Positions 51,431 to 61,314 of a stretch of DNA of 64,000 nucleotides are shown in pieces. Below the pieces are notes generated by a model. It worked only from the letters and a program-made list of their open reading frames with translations, was not told the origin of the DNA and did no database searches. Origin of the DNA: Chiloscyllium plagiosum (taxonomy: Eukaryota); the NCBI RefSeq assembly GCF_004010195.1, contig NC_057718.1, forward strand, positions 42,630,902-42,694,901, in the 5' to 3' direction. Each line of letters opens with the position of its first letter. The stretch's first letter is position 1. The translations under genes were made by a program, and so were the position numbers.

Positions 51431-51899
51431 AAATGAAGCAAATAATGCCCTCATTATCTTCTGATTTATTCTTTATCCAACCTTATAGCTATTATTAGAG
51501 GGCCTGTAGACTACTTCTACCAGTGTCTTCTTACCTCCATCCACATGATTCTATGTCTTCCTATCCAACATCATTTCTTGGTACTTATTCCTCCTGTACT
51601 ACCACCACTCTTCCTGCCTATAGTTTCAAACACATATCCCTGAATATTTTCTTCCCAACTTTGACCTCTTTATAATGATGTGCTGTTAATTAATTAATTG
51701 TTTTCTGAATACACGCACATTCAAATAAAGAACCATTAAACAATTAAAGGACTGTTCATGTCATTGGCCTAGTTTTCCTCTTTGGACCTTATTTATTCTA
51801 TTGACTTTATATATAGTTGCATAGAATGGTCTTAATGATTGACCAATGTTTTTGGACAGTATATAAAAACAGCATTTTCTGGAGTCAAGCAGAGAAAGA

Positions 51900-53680
51900 T
51901 TGTACTGGAGTGGGTTACCCAAGTAGCTGCGACCATAATATGATTAAATTTTGCATTCAACGTGATGGATGGGAATTGGGTTTCAGACTATTGCATTTAA
52001 ACTTAAATGAGGGCATGAAAGTAGAGCTGACCAAAGTGAATTGGCAAATTAAGTTGAAGAATAAAGTGACAGAGATGCAGTAGTGGACATTTAACGGGAT
52101 ATGTCAGAATACATAGATAAATTTAAATGCGTAAGAAAATTTTCAAGGAATGAGCCAACTATTGTGCTTAATTAGAAAGGTTTAACATAGTATCACACTT
52201 ACAGTAAAATTCATATAATGGTGCAAGACAGCTTGCTCATCAGAGGTTTTCACAGAATATTAAAAACAAGCAAAAAAAATCACTAAAACATTAAGAGAAA
52301 AAAATTGGAGTACAAGAGAAATAATAAGAGTTTCTAGATATATCTTTAAAAAGACAAGATTTAACAAAGTAAACAGTGGTCCTACAGAAAGTGAATGTGG
52401 AGAATTAATAACAAAAAGTATGGCTGATGAATTGAACAAATACTTTGCATCAGTCTTCGCAATGGAGGATACAAATAACATCCTAGCAGTAGCCTAAAAT
52501 TAGGAAATGGAAGGGAGGAAGGAAGTTGAGAGAGTTGGGGAAGAAGAGAAGTGGTACTAAGTAAATTGTTGGAACGGGGAGTTGACAAGTAGTCATGGAT
52601 GTCATCCTAGGATCTTAAGAGAAGTGACAAGTGAGTTAGTTGATCCATTGCTTTTTGTTTTCCAGAGCTCACTAACTTTGGGGAATGTCCCATTAGATTA
52701 GAAGATATCAAATGTAACTCCAGTATTTAAAAGGGAAGAACACCGAAAAGAGGACACTACAAGTTATTTAGCTTAACACCTGTCATAGGGAAAATGTTAG
52801 AAGCTATTACTAAAGCGTTTTAGTAGAGAATTTAGCCAAGTTCAAGATTTTCACAGTCAACATGGTTTTATGAAAGGACATTATGTTTATCCAATCTGCT
52901 GAAATTCATAGGAAGCAATACGTGCTGTGCTGTGGATAAAGGGAACTGACAAAGAAAACCAATGGATGTACTCAAACTTCCAGAAGGCATTTGATATGGT
53001 CCCACATTAGTGGGTATTGTGAAAAGTAAAAACTCATGGTGTAAGGGATAGCATATTGGCATGGATAGAAGATTTTGCTGATTAATGGGAAGCGAAGTTT
53101 AAGCATTAATGTGTCTTTTTCAAGTTAGCAGTTTGTAATAAATGGGTGTCATAGGGATTGATGCCAGGATCGCAACTATTTAAAATTTATATAATGGCTT
53201 GGATGAAAGGACAGTAGGTAAGTTTGTAGGAAAGTTGCTGATGACACACTGATAGGTAGAATTGTAAATTGTGAAGAGGACATAAGGAGGCTATAAAAAG
53301 ATGTAAACAGGTTAAGTGAATGGCAAAGATGTGGCAAATAGAGCGTAGTTTGAGCGTAATTTATGGAAACGTGAAAGTGTCAATTTTTCATTAAAAAAAT
53401 GTTTTATATAAATGGTGAGAGATTGCAGATATCTGAAATGCAGCAGTATCTGTGTCTCTGAGGAGTGCAAAAGGTTTGTATGCAAGCACAGCAAGTAATT
53501 AATAAAACTAGTAGGTTTATTGTTTATTGTAAGAGGAATTTAATACAAAGTAGGAAGCTTATTCTTCAGTTATACAGCGAATTGATGAGACCATATCTGG
53601 AGTATTGTGTGTGGTACCTTATTTAAAGAAGGGCATAAATGAATTGTGAGCACTTCAATGAAAGTTCACCATACTGGTCT
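51900..53680 (+). mobile_element. Old, heavily decayed CR1
   Basis: DHNMIKF, ADELNKYFASVF, cagtcaacatggttttatgaaagg and ADDT segments. Confidence 0.8.
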
Positions 53681-53689
53681 TAGTGTTTT

Positions 53690-54170
53690 TTTTTTAAATT
53701 CACTCATGGAATGTGGATTTCGGTTGCTAGGCCATCATTTGTTAACCATCCTTAGTTGTCCTTGAGAAGATGGTGCTAAAGTGCCTTCTTGAAGCGCTGC
53801 TGTCCCTCTGCTGTAGGGAGATCCACAATGTCTTTAGGGAGCAGACTCCAGAATTTTAGCCTTGCAACAGTGAAGGTCAGAATGGTGATTGGCATGGAGG
53901 GCAACTTGTCAATGGTAGTGTTCCCATGTATTTGGTGCTGTAGTCTTTGTAGGTGGAACCGATTGTGAGTTTGGAAGGTGTAGTCTAAGGAGCCTTGATA
54001 AATTTGTGCATATATCTTGTGCATGGCATACACTGGTGCTACTAAACACAGTGGAGGAGGGAGTGGATGTTTGTTGATGTCCTAATCAAGCAGACTGCTT
54101 TGGCCTGGATGATGTTGAGCTTCATAAAAGTTATAATTGCACTCATCCAGGCAAGTGGGAACTATTCCAT
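53690..54170 (-). mobile_element. 3' end of a second CR1-group LINE family
   Basis: FTVARLKFWSLLP...QRFKKA (53776-54033), then a 3' UTR and an A-tail. The same tail occurs at 21382-21425. Confidence 0.7.
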
Positions 54171-54589
54171 CATATTTATGAAATATATATGAAATGGGAA
54201 TGTGTATGTGAAACAGATCAGAAATGAATGGGACATTATATAGAAATAAAACATTAATAGCTTGCAATTAAATTGTAGAATCTTAGCAAATGAATATTTA
54301 AGCTATTTGTCTTGAATTGTTCTGTCCACTACCTTATTTTAACCTATTTATTTTAATTATGTCAATGACTATGTTAAATAACAGAATAGGAATTTCTAAT
54401 GAAAGCCTAAATGGTTTGTTCGCTATTAGCCCCCAGCAAAATTTCAAGGCTCAAGTGTGTGTTCTGTTTCAAACATATTTACTTATATTAATGCATTACA
54501 ATATTAATTTGCTGTTGAGGATACCTTTTGTAAAATGAACTCTCCTTGGACTCAAAATATCTATGTTTACTCAATCCTATTACTTTCTA

Positions 54590-56075
54590 GTATTCTAGCG
54601 AAGTTTGCCGATGATACAAAGTTAGGTGGCCAGGCAGGTAGTACTGAGGAAGTGGGGAGGCTGCAGAAAGATCGAGACAGTTTGGGAGAGTGGTCCAGGA
54701 AATGGCTGATGGAATTCAATGTGAGCAAATGCGAGGTCTTGCACTTTGGAAAAAAGAATACAAGCATGGACTACTTTCTAAACGGTGAGAAAATTCATAC
54801 AGCCAANNNNNNNNNNNNNNNNNNNNNNNNNNNNNNNNNNNNNNNNNNNNNNNNNNNNNNNNNNNNNNNNNNNNNNNNNNNNNNNNNNNNNNNNNNNNNN
54901 NNNNNNNNNNNNNNNNNNNNNNNNNNNNNNNNNNNNNNNNNNNNNNNNNNNNNNNNNNNNNNNNNNNNNNNNNNNNNNNNNNNNNNNNNNNNNNNNNNNN
55001 NNNNNNNNNNNNNNNNNNNNNNNNNNNNNNNNNNNNNNNNNNNNNNNNNNNNNNNNNNNNNNNNNNNNNNNNNNNNNNNNNNNNNNNNNNNNNNNNNNNN
55101 NNNNNNNNNNNNNNNNNNNNNNNNNNNNNNNNNNNNNNNNNNNNNNNNNNNNNNNNNNNNNNNNNNNNNNNNNNNNNNNNNNNNNNNNNNNNNNNNNNNN
55201 NNNNNNNNNNNNNNNNNNNNNNNNNNNNNNNNNNNNNNNNNNNNNNNNNNNNNNNNNNNNNNNNNNNNNNNNNNNNNNNNNNNNNNNNNNNNNNNNNNNN
55301 NNNNNNNNNNNNNNNNNNNNNNNNNNNNNNNNGAAAATTCATAAAGCCAAAGTACAAAGGGATCTGGGAGTGCTAGTTGAGGATTCTCTAAAGGTAAACA
55401 TGCAGGTTGAGTCCGTGATTAAGAAAGCGAATGCAATGTTGTCATTTACCTCAAGAGGGTTGGAATATAAAAGCACCGTTGTGCTACTTTATAAAGCTCT
55501 GGTTAGGCCCCATTTGGAGTACTGTGTCCAGTTTTGGTCCAGTTTTGGTCCCCACACCTCAGGAAGGACATACTGGCACTGGAGCTTGTCCAGCGGGGAT
55601 TCACACGAATGATCCCTGGAATGGTAGGTCTAACATACGAGGAACGCCTGAGGATCCTGGGATTGTATTCATTGTAGGTTAGAAGATTAAGGGGAGATCT
55701 AATAGAAACTTACAAGATAATACATGGCTTGGAAAGGGTGGACGCGAGGAAATTGTTTCCGTTAGGCGAGGAGACTAGGACCCGTGGACACAGCCTTAGA
55801 ATTAGAGGGGGTAAATTCAGAACAGAAATGCGGAGATATTTCTTCAGCCAGAGAGTGGTGGGCGTGTGGAATCCATTGCCGCAGTGTGCAGTGGAGGCCG
55901 GGACGCTAAATGTCTTCAAGGCAGAGATTGAAAAATTCTTGATGTCACAAGGAATTAAGGGCTACTGGGAGAATGCGGGTAAGTGGAGTTGAAATGCCCA
56001 TCAGCCATGATTGAATGGCGGAGTGGACTCGATGGACCGAATGGCCTTACTTCCACTCCTATGTCTTATGGTCTT
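54590..56075 (+). mobile_element. Young CR1 3' portion spanning the assembly gap
   Basis: AKFADDTKLGG...CEVLHFG, VRPHLEYCVQFWS, FFSQRVVGVWN, and tail atgtcttatggtctt. Confidence 0.92.
54807..55332. other. Assembly gap (526 N)
   Basis: Run of N. Confidence 1.
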
Positions 56076-56419
56076 GACACACTGTATGTGGCAGGTTTTT
56101 ATATGGCAAGAAAAGACAGTGTAGTAACTAACAACATTAGGACTTCTGAATAATATTCCATGGTAGCTCTGTAGATTCACCTCTCTTTTCCAAGCTTTTA
56201 AAAAATACAGGTAAAGTAAATGTCTCTCACAGTTTGGACTATCAAAATGTTAGTGTGACAATGAATTATTAGCTCTAATCTTAAGCAGAAGATCCTTATC
56301 TCCAATCTTACCAGTTGTTAGATAATTCTGGTATTTGACTTTCTTCTTACATTTTTAAATTTGTATGCTCATCTTTCTTGATATGTAATATATTTATCTA
56401 TAGTCATTTCGTAGTACAG

Positions 56420-56810
56420 AATTTGCATATTTCTGTAAAAAGACACACTTTGCCAAAGCTTTTTGCCTTGCACTTGCCACAATGAAGTGCAGAAAATGCC
56501 GAAATGGGGAGAACAATATTTGTACCATATGAGAGAAGGGTGCTGATTGGTTGGCAAGAGGACTCTGATTGGTAGAAGGACTACCATGGAGACTTCATCA
56601 TTTAGATGATGTTTGACAGTGAACTGCCAAGTTTTGTCTAACTTTTAAACCAAGTGAGTTAGCGTCTATCAGAGTCCACTTGCCAACCAATCAGCACTCC
56701 TCTCAAAGAATAAATGTTGTTTTCCCTTTACATTAGTATTCCTTGCAAATTATCTTGATAGATGCAATGTGAAAAACTTTGACAAAATGTCTCCTTTCAG
56801 TGATACCCAT
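56420..56810. mobile_element. Old palindromic non-coding element, possibly PLE-derived
   Basis: 30-bp inverted arms 56540-56569 and 56668-56697 (1 mismatch), with weaker inverted similarity extending outward. Confidence 0.6.
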
Positions 56811-58521
56811 ACTTGTGTTTAGCTGGCATATTAGACTTCTAAAACTTCAATTTTAATTTAACTGGAAAATTCTCAAATGTTTGAAGTTGGTAGCTTTAAA
56901 TATCACTTTTGCCACTTTGCATTTTGACTCCTGTTGCCTTGACTCCTGGTCCTAATTAGTCAGATTATTTTCAGAAATGTTAGTACTTTGGAAAGAAATT
57001 ATTCAAGTGATTATAGCCCAACAATTATCAATGGGAGAATTTAGGAAACAATTAATAAAATTTATTGTTATCTAAATATGTAATAAAGTACTGTTTAATT
57101 TTAAACTTACCCAACCTTAAAGATAGTTGGCATGTGCTGAAGATGCAAGCTCATCGATGTGTAACAATAAATGTCTCCAAAATGCAATAGTCTATTTCAA
57201 TTAACCAGGTGTGTGCAGTGATTTACACAGTACATATAATGACTGTATAGTCATCTTAGCAGTGACAAGTATAAACCAACACTGTTTTAAAAGAATGTCA
57301 TGATATCTAGTCTCCTCTACTGTGTTTTTTTTCCAGTTTGGTAATGTGCATTTTAAATCAGCAATGCACTTTTTATCTCCTTTTGACAGACTGTAATCCT
57401 GGCTGACTTTTTCATTCTAACAGCCAACTGGTTGTCATGGATCTTTTCCTCGCTCACAACTTTGGTCCTGTTTTGACACTTCAAGGCCTGTTTTGCTATT
57501 GTGCAGCTGATGTCCTGTCCATGTGTATATATTCCATATTGACAATGAGTGTTAATGCCAAACCCCAGCAACCATAGTCACATCTGTTTGTCTCCCAAGC
57601 ATAAGCTTGCATCTGGGGCTACTTGAGAACAGCTTTTTACCAGAGGATACCTTTTAACCAGACTTGATATGCTGACATACTGCTATTTGAAATTCCTTAC
57701 AAGAGGAAGACATGTTACCTTTGTGTTGCATTAAATGTTATCCTATTTGGCGTTATTTTGTTCAGTCCCGTAAGCAGTGCATCAAAAGTCAAGGTTTTAG
57801 GCAATGTAGTTGAAAGTTTTTTTTTTATTTTTGTCTGTGTAATCTTGTCTACTGCCTCTTTTGACATGCTTGAAAAGTATTTATAAATGATGCCTTGGAG
57901 CAGACAAGTAAATCTGGGAAGAAAAGGTTAAAAATTACAGTGAATAATTTTACGCTTCTTATTTGCAGAAATGTATTACTGATTATAACCTGACCAATTA
58001 AAGGTCAGATTGAACTCTATGCATGGAACACCCCAGTAAAAAATATCTGCATTAACTGCCTGAATTTTCAATTCGACTATTAATTTTTCAACTACATTTG
58101 GTCAAATACAATTTAGTGGTTTGCAAACAAATGAGAAAAGAGACAAAATGTGGTTTTGCTTTTCTGCATATTGCCGTATTTTGTTTTCTTTGTGAAAGGG
58201 AACTCTTAGGAGTTCTTCCAGTAAAAAAATCATTTAATCTAATTCTTTCACTGAAATTATTCCCTGAATAAAATCTCATCTGCAAACTCCTTTACTAATA
58301 TTATCAGGAAGGGTTCACTATCAATACATATGGTGTATTAACTGAAATTTTAGGTGGTTTCATAGAAAGGATAATCATATTATTTATTTTAACATAAAAT
58401 AATGATAAGCTTTGAATCCTCCAAGATGATGAACTTTCTTAAAAACAGCTTTATGTTTCCATTCGTTGCAGGATAGAAATTTGTTTGCATAGCACTGCTT
58501 TTATTGTTATCAATGAAGAAT

Positions 58522-59258
58522 TGTTATGATACAGTGGTGAACCCTTCTGTTAATTAAACCAAACACCCAGAATAGCTCACCTCACCTCGTAATCTGTTAA
58601 AGTACGAGTGACAGAAAACCTCCAAATTCCACTCTTTAAAGAAAAAATATCAATTTATTCTTTAACTCTAAAAATGAATACTACAACAACATCTATTTAC
58701 AACTCTAAGCCTCCTTTCTCTCAACTCCTTGTTATCTACCTCACACTCCATAACAATATACTGTTCTGATGAAAGCCCGCATTAAAATTACATCAACTTA
58801 ATTTCAAAACAACACATCGGCTGTTGTTGGTGTCTGCATCTCTCTGGCTGAAGATTTCCTTGGGTCGCCTTTGGTCTTTTTCTGCAAAGATGTTTCATAT
58901 GAAAAAGGTACCTTTGGCAGAGTGTGATGCTGGCAATTACTCTGGCAATGGCAGTTGGTCTCTGTCGAACAGACAAAATGTCTGCTTCTTTATACTCCCA
59001 ATGTTATCAAACCAATAAATTCAAAATCGATTGGTGTTTAGTATCCTGGGGCATAATTTAAACTGGTTCAATTTCAATTGTTGTAAAAATTGCAATGGAA
59101 ACTCAGGTATTTGTTTCACAGCCAAACGTTACTTATTTTCAATTTTCCAGTATACTTTGAGACTGCTGGTCAGACACATGACAGGTGCCTGCAATCTCTG
59201 TACAAAACAGCTTTCACTCTCTCTTAAAGGTACAATACACGTCTTCATCTTCATAACA
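58522..59258 (-). repeat. 3' LTR (737 bp) with adjacent polypurine tract
   Basis: Termini tgttatga...tcataaca (8-bp inverted repeat). PPT aaagggggaagg on the minus strand at 59259-59270. Confidence 0.85.
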
Positions 59259-61092
59259 CCTTCCCCCTTTAGAAAAAAATGAACCATCATGAAAAGATGG
59301 CTTAATTTTCTTTTTCTAATTCATAACCCCATTACAATGAAATACATAGGACATTAATCTAAGTTCATATTAATTTCTACAAGCATGTTTAACATAGGTA
59401 TCTGTTCGATCTTATCTATATCCATTAAATCCGCAATAACACATTCTTATGACTCGCAACATGTACAGTTTGTAAATTAGAAGTCTGTAACATAAAACTG
59501 CAACGAAATAGTCTCATATTCTTGACTTTAAATTGTTCCAAGACTTTAATAAGATGTGATCCATGTACGCAATTGTCTCTGACCTATTTTTCATCACATA
59601 AACATTAAGATATTGTAAGGCCAATACCAAACTCAATAATTCCTTTTCAATTGTAGAGTATTTTCTCTGGTGGATGTTGAGTTTCTTTGAAAGTAACCAA
59701 TTGGCCATTCAATTCCATCATCATCTTCCTGTGCAGTACAGTTTCAACTCCTATATCACTAGCATCGATCGCAGCTTTGCATGGTTTCAAAAGTGTGGTG
59801 TAGCTAAAACTGATAAAGTGTTAATACTGCTTTTAAGTTGTCAAATGCCTCCTGGCATTGTTCTGTCCACCAAAACTTTGTGCCCATCTTCAGTAAATCT
59901 GTTAGCGGTGCCACTACGCTACTGAAGTTTGGAACAAACTTCCAATAGAATCTGCATGGTCCCAAAAATCAAAGCACCTCTTTCTTCAGAGTTGGTTGTG
60001 GAAATTCCTCGATGGCCTTCGTCTTGACATTCCTTGTGGTAAACCTTCCATGACCAATGTTACGTCCCAAGAACATCACAGCTTATCACCAGTTTTACAT
60101 CTTTTAATCATTCAAAGAGCTCTGCCAACTGTACCATGTGATCTTTCCATGACTCACTAAAGATCCCTACATCATCCAGATAGACTGCACAGTTCGTTAA
60201 CCCAGCCACAGCTCTGATCCTGACTCTTTGGAATATAGCTGGTGCATTTTTCATTCCAAAGGGCATCACTTTAAAATGATATAGCCTATTTGAGGTTAAA
60301 ATTGCAGAGATTTATTTCACTTTCTCTGATAAAGGTACCTGACAATAACTACGCAGTAAGTCCAACTTTCTTCATACAGTTCTCCAATCTTGGTATTGGG
60401 TATGAATCTAATTTTGTTACAGCGTTGACCTTCCGATAGTTCTCACAAACTCATTGAGTCCCTTTAGGTTTGGGAACTAACACGATTAGCGAACTCCACT
60501 TGCTCTGACCCGGTTCGATAATATCTTTGTTGAGCATCACATCCACTTCTTTCTGGACCGATCTGGCTTTGAAAGAATTAAGTCCTTAGGGGTGTTGCTT
60601 TATTGGAACAGCATTCCTTACTTCTACCTCATGCATAATAATATTATTCCTCCCCATCTTATTCCTGCAGATGTGCTCATATTGCTGCAACAAACCTTTC
60701 AACTGGGTTCTTTGCTCCTGAGACAGAGAGTCCACTAACCTATCCTACTCCTCAAGGACTTCCTCATTGTTTACTATATTTTGAGGCACATCAAACTTGA
60801 CGACAACTGGATTTGATTCCTCACTTTGGCAGTAACAGTTTCTCCAGTTCTTTCTCTCTTATTATAATAAGGTTTCAACATATTCACATGACTTACCCGA
60901 TACAGTTTTTTCCTGTCCAGCATCTTTACCAAATAGTTTACCTGACTCAACTTTTTCACAATTTGATAGGGACCATTAAAGCTGGCTTTGAAATGATCTC
61001 CTACTACTAGTAGCAATACTAATGCATCATCCCCATAGGAAAACGTCCGAATTTCAGAGTTTTTATCTGCAACTTGCTTCATTCTATGCTGT

Positions 61093-61314
61093 GCTGAAAA
61101 TGTGTTGCTGGAAAAGCGCAGCAGGTCTGGCAGCATCCAAGGAACAGGAGAATCGACATTTCGGGCATAAGCCCTTCTTCGGGAAATTCCTGAAGAAGGG
61201 CTTATGCCCGAAACGTCGATTCTCCTGTTCCTTGGATGCTGCCTGACCTGCTGCGCTTTTCCAGCAACACATTTTCAGCTCTGATCTCCAGCATCTGCAG
61301 TCCTCACTTTATCC
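61093..61314. mobile_element. Young palindromic mini-PLE inserted in the Gypsy integrase region; 16-bp TSD
   Basis: 93-bp arms 61093-61185 and 61187-61279 with 3 mismatches, plus a 35-bp tail. TSD tcattctatgctgtgc at 61079-61094 and 61315-61330. Confidence 0.92.
61183..61225 (+). ncRNA. Minimal type I hammerhead ribozyme motif (PLE-type)
   Basis: CTGAAGA (61190-61196), stem II gggc-ttat-gccc, then GAAAC-GTC (predicted cleavage after 61217). Helix III is reduced to the palindrome ACGT. Confidence 0.75.

Noticed and set aside
54535..55612. Long ORFs of 213-275 aa
   Set aside because: Artefacts of translating through the N gap.
57353..57600. ORF and two acceptor-like sites
   Set aside because: No donor or recognisable protein; cannot be supported without conservation data.
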